NCBI GenBank assembly: GCA_964016885.1
Contig: OZ024743.1
Coordinates: 119,784,001-119,848,000, forward strand
Direction: 5' to 3'
Source: Eledone cirrhosa
Taxonomy: Eukaryota
Length of the DNA stretch: 64,000 nt
Shown here: in pieces, positions 39,483 to 52,367 of the stretch
Layout: each line of letters opens with the position of its first letter
Position numbering within the stretch: position 1 is the first letter of the stretch
Program-made: the position numbers and the translations under genes
Notes under the pieces: generated by a model
Database searches by the model: none
Told to the model about the DNA's origin: nothing
Seen by the model: only the letters and a program-made list of their open reading frames with translations

Positions 39483-42400
39483 ATGGCCGTACTTAGAATA
39501 GGCAGTATAAATGCACGTGCCTGGAGTCATCTTGGAAGCAGAGTCACCTGCTCAACAACCTCAGGTCACTAAACATAGATGTGGTGGTCATCAGCGAAAC
39601 CAGAAACTCCGAAGCACGAGCCTTCGCACCGGTCTTCGGCGGCTACGATGTATACGCATCTCCCAGCGGTCGAGGGTCGGGGGGAGGGGTTGCCGTCCTT
39701 TTTCGGCCATCTTCCTGGACCCAGAAGGTAAGTCGGTGGTGCTGGACGTGACCGGCAGCGAAGGCAATGCTTTCAGGTTAGTAGCCGTCTACGCCCCAAC
39801 TGGGGCAGGACGGCCAGATTTCTTCAGACGTCTAGAGATCTTTCTTGGAACGTCCCGCTTTTTAGTGCTAGTGGACGACTGGAACGGGATCTTAGATGCA
39901 CGCTGGGACTGTGTGGGATTAGTGGATAGGGGAGGAGGATGCAAGAGTCTCACCAACCTGCTCAGGCGTTTTGAACTGTCTGACAGCTACCGATTGGATT
40001 TCCCGAATGTGCCAATGTGGACTTGGACAAATCGCATAGGGTCATCCAGATCATATCTAGATAGAGTATTTTGTAGGGAAATAGATAGGTCTAGCATAGG
40101 ATGTCCACAATTCAAGATAGTCAGCTACACGGACCACAAATTCGTGATCTGTGTGCTTGACTTAGATAGGCTTCATAGACGAGGACCCGGCTACTGGAAG
40201 CTAAACGCGTCCTTACCAGCGCGCAAGGCCTACAGAGACCGGATTAGCGAACTAGTTAAGCGGGCGTTGACGGGAGCCATCGTCAACAACAAGTGGTGGT
40301 TTGCTCTGAAAAGAGCAATTAGAATCGAGTCCATTAGGTTTAGTAAGGCTAGAGCAGAGGGAGAATTAGTTAGAAAATTAGACGAGGCGCTTTGCAAAGG
40401 CATCGCGACCGACGTACTTGCGGCGAAATTAGCCCTTGACCAATTCTTCAATGAAAAGCACAAAGGCTACGTTGTCAGAGTTAGGGTGCGTGCTCTCAGA
40501 CACGAGGGGACGAAAGCCGTTCAATGTGCCCGAGTGGCGGAGGCGCGTCGTGGCAACAAAGCCACGATCCGGTCTTTGGTGGACCACGACGGACGCAAGC
40601 TACTCGATCCCGGGCAAATATGTGAAGCTTTTCAGCGACATTTCGCTCAACTGTTCGGGGGCAGCGGCGGGCCGGATCGAGGGATGGACTTTAGTGTCTA
40701 CCTCGACGGACTGCCGCGGCTCTCGGCCACTGAGGCGGAGTGTTGCGAAAAGCCGATAACAGCCGCTGAAGTACGGGAGGCAATGACTGGCTGCACAAGG
40801 GGTAAATCACCTGGTTTGGATGGTCTGCCCTATGAACTTTACGTACAAATGCCAGACTTGTTCGGAGGCCTCTTGACGGGCGTCTACTGCAACTGGCAAC
40901 AGAACGGGAGAATTCCCAGCTCTGTGAGCCGAGGAGCGGTGGCGTTGATGAGAAAGGATCCGAACAAGGGGGATAACATAGATAATTTTAGGCCCATAAC
41001 TCTGCTAAACACAGAGTTCAAGATTTTGGCCAAGGTGATAGCAAAGAGGTTGGCGTTTGTCGTTGGTGGTCTGGTAGGAGAGGTGCAGACATGTGCCATT
41101 CCCGACAGATCCATCCACGACAACCTCCACCTCATGCGATACATCGTAGAGAGGGTAGCTAGGGAACCTGGCACGGGTCTGTCCTTGATCAATTTAGATC
41201 AGTCGAAAGCCTTCGATAGTGTCGACCATCGTTCCCTAGCGGCAGTCCTGAGGGCGGCTGGCTTTGGGCCCGTCTTCAGAGGCTGGATCGCTGCCATGCA
41301 CAGCGACATCTGCTCTGTGGTAAGAGTGAACGGTCACCTTTCGGAACCGTTCAACATCATGCGCTCGGTCCGCCAAGGATGTCCCCTCTCGTCTCTCTTG
41401 AACGTATTGACTCTCGAGCCATTACTGCACAAACTGGAGACGTTGAGGGGCCTTCAACGCGAACTAGGATGCGGAAGATCCGTGTCAGCATATGCGGACG
41501 ATGTCACCGTAGTGGTGTCGAACGCCAAACACATCGAGGCGATCGGCACTACACTAAGAGAATACGAAGCGGTGACAGGAGCAATGATCAACCAGGAAAA
41601 GTCAGTGGGCCTGCAGCTCGGCACCTGGAGAGGCAGGTCCATGCCGTCCAACAGCGTCGTCGGGCGCTGGACAGACGGACCGGTTAAATTGCTAGGGGTC
41701 TGGTTCGGTCCGGACCTCCAGACGGACAAAAACTGGGACGAGGTGACGAGCAGGGTGGCTTCTCTCACCCAGAAATGGGCGGAGAGGAAGCTATCCCAGA
41801 AAGGCCGAGCGGAGGGGGCTAACGCGTACATCGCGTCCGTCATCTACTACCGCCTGACCGTCGTACCTTGTCCTAAGCCCCGCCTGACTGCGCTGGAGCG
41901 TTTGCTCTTTCGCTTTTTGTGGAAGGGACGCGCTCCGATGATCAGGCGGTCCATCTGCTGTCAACATCCGCTACGTGGAGGGCTGAGCATGCCGTGGCTG
42001 ATGATGCGCAGACACGCGCTCAGGCTACGACATCTCCACCTCTTCCTCGACGGTGATCAGGTGTGGTCGCCGTTTGCTAGACACGTCTTTCCCCAGCTCG
42101 TCTCCTTGACGGAGCTGCAGTCCTGGGTCAAGCGATAACCGAGAGGAAGCGCTTGGAGACTGGAATGTCTTCAGGCGCTCACAGCCCTCGACCAATCGGG
42201 CAATGTGATCGGTGGAAACTCCACCTTGGCGTTCTATAGAGGATTAGTGGAGGGGAAGAGCGACGACGTACTTGGAGAAACTCTAGGCGTCGACGAAAAT
42301 CAACTAGCCAATCTCTTCGGAAGGACTTTCGGGCCGGGGCCTATGGACAACTTCCAGAAATCCCTGGCCTGGCAGTGCTATCGGGGAGCTTTGCCAGTTC

Positions 42401-42858
42401 GGGATAAACTCTACAGGCATGGAGGTGCCGTCAGCCGGGCATGTCCGAGATGCGCGCAGGGCGACGAAACCGTCCTGCACGCACCCGTCCAGTGTCCGAA
42501 CATTGCTGACTTGTGGGTTTATGTCGAACACCTGTTGTCACGTGTAGGACGGATCCAGCTATCAGCTGAGTCCATCGTGAGGATTGCCTCGCCCTCTTCC
42601 TTTAGCCGGGAAGGGCAGGCAGTTTTTATCTGTCTGGTGGCCATGGCGAAAGAGATAGTATGGTGGACACGTTTGAAAGGGCTGAAGACGAGCACTTACC
42701 TCTTCGGTGATGCCCTGATTAACTTTTTCAAATTTCATTTGAAAAGGAAAATCAGGGTAGAGAGGGAAGTGCTCTCTTCCCAGCATTTTGTTGAAAGATG
42801 GGTGAGAGAAGCAAGTATGGCCCGAGTGAATGGGCCTACTCTGAGTATGTGTCTGTAA
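39483..42858 (+). pseudogene. LINE ORF2: APE endonuclease + reverse transcriptase + C-terminal CCHC
   Basis: MAVLRIGSINAR, IDVVVISET, DWN, LDRVF, TDH, KSPGLDG, FRPITLLN, DQSKAFD, QGCPLS, YADD, CPRC..H...C. Frameshifts near the N-terminus and one in-frame TAA at 42136-42138. Confidence 0.93.
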
Positions 42859-43101
42859 ATTAAAGGTGGAAAACTGGGAGAGGGCACTTGCCCTGGTGGT
42901 CAGGGTCACTGTGGTCTTTTAATGGGCTTTCTCCACAAATGTCCCTCGGAAGTCTCCCCCCTATTGGGGAATTTTTGTTTGTTATTTTATTACATCCTCT
43001 GTTTTTTTTACACGCAGAAATGCCGATTTGTACCGTCCTGTATTGTACTGTACTGTCCTTAATGTCTACTTTATGTAAACCCTTGTGGTTAATAAAGAAA
43101 A

Positions 43102-43139
<38 letters not shown>

Positions 43140-44064
43140 ATAACCATATAAAATTCACAAGTCACTCTGCGTAATTCGATATCTACTTTTTCTGATTCAT
43201 TGTTTCTAAATTCTAAACTACTTCCACAGGACTGAACTTCCTATCGAAAAACGGAAGACAGTTTTAATTTGCAGCAACTCCACTCTCAATAAATCATAGA
43301 ACAAGCCACTTGTGAAATATTTCTCTTCACGTGGTCAGTTATTCTTTGCGCCATTTTGATTATGACACTTTCCGAACAGGCCGAGCGAAAACTCGATATT
43401 TATATCTCTGCAGCACAACTCCAAGTTTTCTAAAACTCTTTTCTGTGAAACCGGACGCCTTACCAAGAGATTTAAACTTCTTCACCTCAGACAAGTCTGA
43501 TAAATTGCATTGAACATGATTAAATGGCTGCATTATTCTGCTTCACTTTTTATATTGAATGATATCCATCAAAGGGGAACATCGAATCAAGCTTAGGAGT
43601 TTCGAGGGAAAATTTTGTTATTTTTGTTACTAAGCCTCAATTAGTCCTGATCCAGAAGTACTATGATCAAACGTATTCCAACCGTGACCATCTTTTCTCT
43701 TTCTATTTTTTTTTTTTTTTTTTGCAGACTTTTTTCTGGGGAAGATTTAAGGGAGATTTAGATGTTAATCTCAACAGGGGGAATGGGAAAATGTCCTGTC
43801 TAGAATCAATATATTACTGAACTGTACATTGGATTTCATACAATAAGTTAGACATTTTATTAAAGCTTTTGTGTAAAAATAATTAATATTTATAGAATAA
43901 GTCTGAGCAGGCATTCCTTACATTTTCTTACACGGGGAAACGCCCTGAAATATGTACCTGTATGTATGAATATATGTGTGTGTGTATATACTTATGTATC
44001 AATGTGTATATATGTATGTTTGTATGTATGTATGTGTGTATGTACGTGTCTCCCTCTCTCTCTT

Positions 44065-44141
<77 letters not shown>

Positions 44142-44240
44142 TTTAATTGAAAACAAAAATATTCTATCTAAACTCGCTTATATTGCTTCTCTGAGAGATT
44201 CTTCTCATTGGGACTAGTTAAGCTTTAATTATTATTATAC

Positions 44241-44420
44241 TGGCAGTATCGGCAGAGGGTCGAACGCTATGCTTTGACGTATAGAGTTACGGCCCTTGCC
44301 ATTCTGAGTTCAAATCTCGCCGAGGTTAACTTTGTCTTTCATCCTTACGGGGTCGATAAAATAAAGTACCAGTAATTCTCTGGGTAATTGCTGGCCTTGT
44401 GCCAAACGTAGAAACAATTA
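44241..44420 (+). mobile_element. main-family SINE
   Basis: Full match, with TSD-like TATTATACTG on both sides. Confidence 0.87.
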
Positions 44421-44865
44421 GTATTATACTGCTCCTTAATTTGTCGAGTAGTACCAGACAGTCTCTTGGGTGCTATTTCTAGCGATATTATAGACCTGTC
44501 ACATAGACCTAATATCCTGGGAGATTTTTGATCACGTAACGCTAAGCGTGTTTTTATTCGAGCATGCTGCCCCGGAAAATGGAACAGTATGGATGAATTC
44601 TTGGTCAATTTCTCTTCGCTTTTGAAGATATACCTGAAGAGTATGGCGGATACATAAGAATTCAATAAGAATTCTTCCCCATATGAAACCATGGTAGGGA
44701 GATCTATGTACAAGCGAGTTTAGATGGAATATTTGGTTATTGTCTATCTTGTTTGTACTCCCATAAATAGAGATCCCCCCCCCCTTAATTATAATATTTA
44801 ATATTGCTTCTCTGAGAGATTCCTCTTATTGAGATGTTTAAGTAATAGAGAGTAATTAGCATTTG

Positions 44866-44911
<46 letters not shown>

Positions 44912-45058
44912 CATACATACGTACATACACACACACACACATATATATGTATATATATATACATATATATATAAACATACATACATACATACATACATAC
45001 ATACATACATACATACATACATACATACATACATACATACATACATACATACATACAT

Positions 45059-46390
45059 GAATACCTCAGAAGAGTTAAGAAAATATGGTCATCAGAACTG
45101 TCAGCGTACAACAAATACATAGCCCACAATACTTATGCTGTGCCAATTCTAACGCCAACATTTGGCCTGCTGAACTGGTCATTGCAAGAACTAAGTGTGA
45201 TGGATGTTAGAACTCGCAAACTTCTCAGTGTTACTGGGAACTTTAACATCAATGGTGATGTGGATAGGCTATACTTCTCACGCAAGGAAGGTGGCCGGGG
45301 TCTAAAATCCATATTAACAACATATGAGACCCGGATAGTAACACTGAAGCAACACCTTCAACAGAGGAAAAAGGTTGGTAACCATCTTGCCCAGGTTTAT
45401 GAGCATGAAAAAAAAATATCATTAGAATAGCCACTGATCTGGAGGAGAGATATGGAATAAAGCCTGATATAAATCTCTCACCCAGAGAAATCGGAAGATC
45501 CTATTCAATGTTCAAACAAGATGAAAAAATTGACCAATTTACAGAAAAGGTTGTGCATGGATACTTGAGACGTAAAACACAGACCATAGAGGGAATAAAA
45601 CACTCATAAAGCCTGGCATGGAGTTCCGACAAGTTTATGACATCACACCTTGAGGGATATCTCTATGCAATACAGGAACAAGAACTCCCTACCAAATATC
45701 TGCTGCACAAAAGAGGAGGGCCAGCAGCTGACAATAAATGTAGGCTATGTAAAACAAAGATCGAGGATGTAAGCCACATTGTTGCCAGCTGCGAAAGAAT
45801 GTCATCTCGCTACTACCTCCCCATGAGACACGATGGGATATCTAGAACCATCTGGAACGCAATTCGGAAAACAAAATTAACAAACGAGGAGGAATATATT
45901 GAGACAAATGGCACTAAGGAATACTGGTGGAACCTGAAAATAAAAACTGCCACCAAATTAAAGCACAACCGGCCTGATATTGTTGTTTGGGACCACACAT
46001 TGAAAACGTGTTCTGTTGTGGAGATCAGCTGCCCACTTGATGTAAACGTTGTCAGAAAAATACAGGAGAAAGAGGACATCTACGGACCATTGATGAGGAG
46101 TTTACAAATCCAGTATCCAAGATACACCTTTAGCTTCATACCCATCATTATTGGAGCTACGGGTTATATACCAACCCGCTTGGACCAAAGTATGACTGAA
46201 CTTGGATTTGCGGACAAAAAGCGCAGCTCCCTAATTCATAGTCTACAAATGGCTGCCATAGCTGGCACCTTCAAAATTTGCAAAACCTTCTTGCGATTCA
46301 AGGGATGACAATTTCTCTTCTTTTACAACCTTGCCACCAGGAAGGTGGCCGGTCAAAACAATATACTCGAAATTAAGAGAAAGAGATAAC
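45059..46390 (+). mobile_element. 5'-truncated R4/Dong-clade retrotransposon (RT thumb, CCHC, PD-(D/E)xK RLE)
   Basis: DVDRLYFSRKEGGRGL, CRLCKTKIEDVSHIVASC, RHD, RPDIVVWD..VEISCP..KEDIY. One frameshift near 45410 and a stop near 45607. (ACAT)n flanks both sides. Confidence 0.9.
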
Positions 46391-46980
46391 ATACATACAT
46401 ACATACATACATACATACATACATACATACATACATACATACATACATACATACATACATACATACATACATACATAGACAAGTATAGACATATATAAGA
46501 GCGAGTTCAACAGATACCAATTTTGCTCAATGAAGAAATTAATAAGAATTAATTATTCACAACGAATAAAAATTATATTTGGGAAACGCAAATAAGGTAA
46601 AGACATATTTACCTATTTACTTAGAGCGTCCCAACTGCAGTTTCATCGAGCAAACCTCAACAATTTTTGCTGTGAAAATCTTAAATCATCAGGTAACATT
46701 TTCAAACAGGAAAGGATTCAACTGAGTTATCCGCTACACGTGATAATTTATAATGGGAGTATTATCACGTGATTAGCATTAATTTTCCATGGGTGTATAA
46801 GGTATGAGTTACAAGTTGAGATTGGATGGGGAGAAATTAACAGCGCTTTCAAACATTGAAATAAAAATGTGTTGAAATACTGAATCAAATAAAAACACAT
46901 TCAGCCACTCCACAAAATCAGAAAAGTAACAAAAATAATAATTTTCCTTCAGAAATGAATGGTGTTTCATAACAGGAAAA

Positions 46981-47011
46981 CAGTAGTAGTAGTAGTAGTA
47001 GTAGTAGTAGC

Positions 47012-47064
<53 letters not shown>

Positions 47065-47128
47065 CAGCAGCAGCAGCAGCAGCTGCAGCAACTGCAGCAG
47101 TAGTAGCAGCAGCAGCAGCAGTAGTAGC

Positions 47129-47184
<56 letters not shown>

Positions 47185-47267
47185 CAGCAGCAGCAGCAGT
47201 ATTAGTAGTAGTAGTAGTAGTAGTAGTAGTAGCAGCAGTAGCAGTAGCAGTAGTAGTAGCAGTAGTG

Positions 47268-47307
<40 letters not shown>

Positions 47308-47323
47308 CAGCAGCCGTAGCAGT

Positions 47324-47400
<77 letters not shown>

Positions 47401-47429
47401 CAGAGCAGCAGCAGTAGTAGCAGTAGTAT

Positions 47430-47468
<39 letters not shown>

Positions 47469-47514
47469 CAACAGCAGTAGTAGCAGTAGTAGTAGTAGTA
47501 GTAACAGCAGCAGC

Positions 47515-47555
<41 letters not shown>

Positions 47556-47575
47556 CAGCAGCAATAACAGTACTG

Positions 47576-47608
<33 letters not shown>

Positions 47609-47610
47609 TT
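46981..47610. repeat. compound (TAG)n/(CAG)n microsatellite with terminal inverted (CTA)n
   Basis: Direct reading. The strand switches at CAGTACTG near 47568-47575. Confidence 0.95.
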
Positions 47611-47896
47611 ACCCATAACGATGATGTAATTACTACTACTATCATAGACTATATACCACCCCACCACCCTACTCCAACAATAGTTCTAATATGATATAAC
47701 ATCCCCACACCGCCTCCCGTCGCCTTCAGGTCAATATCAAAATCATTCTGATTGTTATTACATTTGATTTATTACTACAGTTGTTGCTACGGTTACTGTT
47801 TATGTTGCTATTTTTGCTATTGCTGCTGTTGCTCCGGTTAATGGTTGGTGTTTCTTATTGTCGTTGTTGTTGCTGTTGCAGTTGTCATTATTACTT

Positions 47897-48720
47897 GGCG
47901 GTGGAGTGGCAGTGTCGGTAGAGGATCGGACGCCATGCTTTGCCGCATAGAGTTACGGCCCTTTATGATCTGAGTTCAAATCCCGCCGAGGTTAACTTTG
48001 CCTTTCATCCTTACGGGGGTCGATAAAATAAAATACCAGTCACGCACTGATTTCGATTTCATCGACTTTTCCCTCCCCCCAAATTTGCTGGCCTTGTGCC
48101 TACATAAGAAACCATTACTACTTGGCGGTGGATTGGCAGTGTCGGTAGAGGGTCGGACGCCATGCTTTGCAACATAGAGTTACGGCCCTTTACGGTCTAA
48201 GTTCAAATCCCGCCGAGGTTAACTTTGCCTTTCATCCTTACGGGGGTCGATAAAATAAAGTACCAGTAATACACTGGAATAATTGCTGGCCTTGTGCCAA
48301 AAGTAGAAACAATTGTTACTGGGCGGTAGGGCGGGGGATTGGCAGTATCGTGGGAGCGTCAAACACCATGCTTTGCAGCATAGAGTTATGGCCCTTCATG
48401 ATCTGAGTTCAAATCCCGCTACGGTTAACTTTGCCTTTCATCCTTACGGGGTCGATAAAATAAAGTACCAGTAATGCACTGGGGTAATTGCTGGCCTTGT
48501 GCCAAAAGTAGAAACAATTATTACTGGGTGGTGAATTGGCAGTATCGGTAGAGGGTTGGACGCCATGCTTTTCTATCATAGTTATGTCCCTTTACGATCT
48601 GAGTTCAAATCCCGCCGAGGTTAACTTTGCCTTTCATCCTTACGGGGTCGATAAAATAAAGTACCAGTAATGCACTGGGGTAATTGCTGGCCTTGTGCCA
48701 GAAGTAGAAGCAATTATTAC
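47897..48720 (+). mobile_element. head-to-tail SINE tetramer
   Basis: Units start at 47897, 48124, 48321 and 48526. Junctions are ATTATTACT-like. Confidence 0.92.
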
Positions 48721-48814
48721 TGTTGTTGTACATGTGTTGAGAATGGCTTCCAGGATTTGTAGGATATTCTAATAGCGTTTGTTGATAGCAGCTTGTGGCA
48801 TTGTTATTCTAGAT

Positions 48815-49787
48815 CAGAAGTTCTCAAAGTGGGCACTACCACCCCGCGAGAGTGTTGAGAAGGTCCAGGAGGTGCTGGGGATCTAAGGATGGGATGGCAG
48901 TAGAGATGATATAATAGTATATTAAATATCAAATGATACATATGTAAGTATGCACACGTACACACACACACATATATATATATATACACACACACACACA
49001 TATACATATATATATATATACGTATATACATACAAACACATATATACATATACATATGTACGTATAGGTTATATCGAACATTAATAATAATTGTTTCTAC
49101 ATTTGGCACAAGGCCAGCAATTACCCAGTGCATTACTGGTACTTTATTTCATCGACCCCGTAAGGATGAAAGGCAAAGTTAACCTCGGTGGGATTTGAAC
49201 TCAGAATGGCAAGGGCCGTAACTCTATGCATCAAAGCATGGCGTCCGACCCTCTACCGATACTGCCAATTAATAATAATGCTCTATTCGTTTGTAAACAA
49301 ATGACCCGATTTGAAGCTGTGCCGTGCCGTGCCGGTGACCGATCGTCACCTGTTTTTTCAACACTGGCTTTGAGGAACAATCAACATGTTTCTGGAACAT
49401 TATACTTCATCAGGACTGTATACCTCTGCCAGTCTGTTGAACGGTTGAAAATATATAGTATTTTCTTAAGTACACATCGGCTGAGTAGCCTCATTTGCAT
49501 ACCGAGCGAGTTACGGCTGGTCTTGCCGAATATTAAAAATAAAATTAGAATTCTATTTCTCGCCCTAGCACAGCTGATACATAGTAAAATATAAAATATA
49601 TAATATTTATTTATACTTAGTACATATATTATTTATTATATATAGATTAACGATTTTATTTAGCATATATTATTTACAATTTGCGTGTAGGCAGGTCTCT
49701 CCGGAAATAGGGTAGGGAGCTGTGGGTATTACATGGCCGTGAGGGGGGGGGGGGGGGTCAGTGGCCCCAAAAGTTTGAGAATCTCTG
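48815..49787 (+). mobile_element. non-autonomous hAT (Charlie/Buster-like) element
   Basis: TIRs CAGAAGTTCTCAAA / TTTGAGAATCTCTG with 8-bp TSD TTCTAGAT/TTCTAGAG. The internal remnant YLCQS..ELRLVLPNIK..Q..H resembles the hAT C-terminus. Confidence 0.78.
49082..49270 (-). mobile_element. main-family SINE nested in the hAT element
   Basis: Reverse match, with TTAATAATAAT on both sides. Confidence 0.88.
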
Positions 49788-50079
49788 TTCTAGAGCGAGC
49801 AGACTTTTAATCAAGAGCAATTCACTTATGACCACCCCTTAGTTTTTCTGTATGCAAGAAATCCAAAAGCAGATTAACAGAGTAAGAGAGGGTGAAAGAA
49901 GAAGATGTTGATAGTGTTGGTGATAGTTTGAGGTATAAGACAGTGAGGGGGGGGGGAGATTTAAGGGACATATAGCTGCTATTTCTAGCAGTAGTGGTAA
50001 CAATGGTTTTAAATGACGCCGGGAAATTAATAATTATCTGCAATTTTTTTATGATTTAAGTATTAAAGTATTTAACTAT

Positions 50080-50212
50080 ATGTGTCATGACAGGTGCAAT
50101 GTTTTCCGAACACGGAAGAGCCGGACTCCCACCGTCATCGACCTCATCTCGCTGCATGGTGAGCAAATGGGGTTCCACATGCTGATCGCCCCCACAGCCC
50201 CGGCAGACGACC
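50080..50212 (-). mobile_element. 3' terminal fragment of the CRE-like family
   Basis: CATGACAGGTGCAATG..CCGAACACGGAAGAGCC..GAGCAAATGGGGTTCCAC matches 1205-1350. Confidence 0.72.
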
Positions 50213-50461
50213 GGAGGCAGGAGTAGTTTGATAAGGATTGTAATGGTGGGTGTTTTTGTTGTTGCTATTTAACCCAACTCTTCTCGTCTTATGGAAACCT
50301 ATCATGAAAAGCATTCCTGAAGTGATATTCCCGTCTTTTCTTATGTCAAGATCTATATTATTTAATATATCCTCTCTTAATACTTTCTTATATTTTTCAG
50401 GAATATGACATATTTGAGCGAATTTTGCTTCCTACTTAGGCCGAACGGTTCTATATAGACT

Positions 50462-50932
50462 CATTCGTCGTCGCCGTGATGATGGTGGTAGTGGCGACGG
50501 CGGCGGCAGTGGTGGTGGTGGTAATGGTGATGATGATGATGATGAGGATGATGATGGAAGAGGTGGTGATAGTTATGGTAATGATGATTGTCGTCGTTGT
50601 TGATTGTTTCGACTGAAGATGATGATGATGATGATGATGATAATGATGACAACGATAACAATGACGAGGCTGATGAAAAGGACGATGATGGTGGTGATGA
50701 TGATGATGATGGTGATGGTGATGATGATGATGTTGATGATTATGATGATGATGATGATGATGAAGAGGAGGAGGAGGAGGAGGGTGGTGGTGATGATTAC
50801 GATTATAATATAATGATAATTATTATTATTACGACGATGGAGCTCACAATAACGTTGTTGTTTCTGTTGTTGTTGCTGTTGTTGTTCTAGGTTGTGGTGG
50901 TGGTTTTGATGGCGATGATGATGATGATGATG

Positions 50933-50980
<48 letters not shown>

Positions 50981-51070
50981 GTGATGGGGTTGATGATGAT
51001 GATGACGAGGAGGAAATGGAGAGCGAGGAGGAGGATCATGAGAAGCATGAGAAGGAAGCTGTGGAGGATA

Positions 51071-51109
<39 letters not shown>

Positions 51110-51140
51110 GTGCTAAATGTGATGTTGGTGTTGAAGATGG
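50462..51140. repeat. (GAT)n/(GGT)n-rich low-complexity tract
   Basis: Degenerate trinucleotide repeats. Confidence 0.9.
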
Positions 51141-51283
51141 TTGAAATTCTGCTTCTAAAATATCTTAATAGCAATCCGCTTCTGATCAACAAAGCAAACT
51201 CTTTATTTAATGTAATAGGAGATATGTGTATATGCAGCTATAGCTCTCCTGTCTGATGTATATATATATATATATATATACAT

Positions 51284-51315
<32 letters not shown>

Positions 51316-52135
51316 GCACATATATATTTGACTTTGTGCATGTGTGTATGTGTTTATGTGTGTGCGCGGCGCGCGTTTATCACTAGCGTTATATCGTGTC
51401 CATTTTTCGCTTATTTTTCTCTCTTTATTCATTTTAGGCTTGTTGAAATAAGCTTATAATTCCCGCTGAGAATAGTAGACTTCGTTTCTGGCAAGTAGTC
51501 AGACTAATATTATCTTTGTTTATTTAATTGTTCGGCCGCAATTCTCCGAAGGCGCGCCAACAGCATGCAATGGCGACAACACTCGGCAGCCATATTGTCA
51601 GTCGCTTTCCACTTGTCAACATGAGCGAGAGAGAGCGAGCGAGAATAAGAGAAATTGAGAGGTGAAGAGCTATATAAGAACAAATCAACTAAAAACAACA
51701 ACAACAACAACAACAACAACTAACAACAAAAACACGAAATAGCGCTTAAACTACTTGAAGTAACTGTAGAAGTCGGCATTGAGTGAATGTTGACAATCTT
51801 TGAAGAAAACCACTCCATCTTGCCGCAAAAGGAAAGCGAATTTGATACATTCTTCTCCACTGAGACAATGATATGAAACATTTGCGGTGAGTTTGACTAG
51901 ATAGAGTTTGCAGATTCTTATCACCACAATAGCCCACGAACGTTCTTATGAAAAAATGTATGAATGCTATACAAAGAAATAAAGGAATGAATTAATATAT
52001 CTGACCGTTTCTTCAGTGTGTAGAAATTGCACACATACTCACTCAAACATACACACACAGAGGGCATAATCATCATATTCTTTCTCCCTTTGTAGTTGCT
52101 TCTCTCTCTCTCCTCCTCTCTCTCCTCCTCTCTCT

Positions 52136-52180
<45 letters not shown>

Positions 52181-52228
52181 TCTCTCTCTCACTCTCACAC
52201 TCTCTCTCTCTCTCTCTTTCTCTCTATG

Positions 52229-52286
<58 letters not shown>

Positions 52287-52329
52287 AGAGAAAGAAAGAT
52301 ATATATATATATATAAGAGAGAAAGAAAG

Positions 52330-52367
<38 letters not shown>

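Larger units (their letters stand above)
37300..43135 (+). mobile_element. near full-length L1/Tx1-type LINE
   Basis: Two-ORF layout with an APE-RT-CCHC ORF2 and a 3' end AATAAAGAAAAC(ATT)n. The 5' boundary is approximate. Confidence 0.9.

Noticed and set aside
46918-47667. poly-Leu/Val membrane-protein-like ORFs
   Set aside because: They are readings of the (TAG/CAG)n microsatellite.
50588-51256. acidic Asp/Glu-rich and poly-Met ORFs
   Set aside because: They are (GAT)n low-complexity sequence with no splice or domain support.
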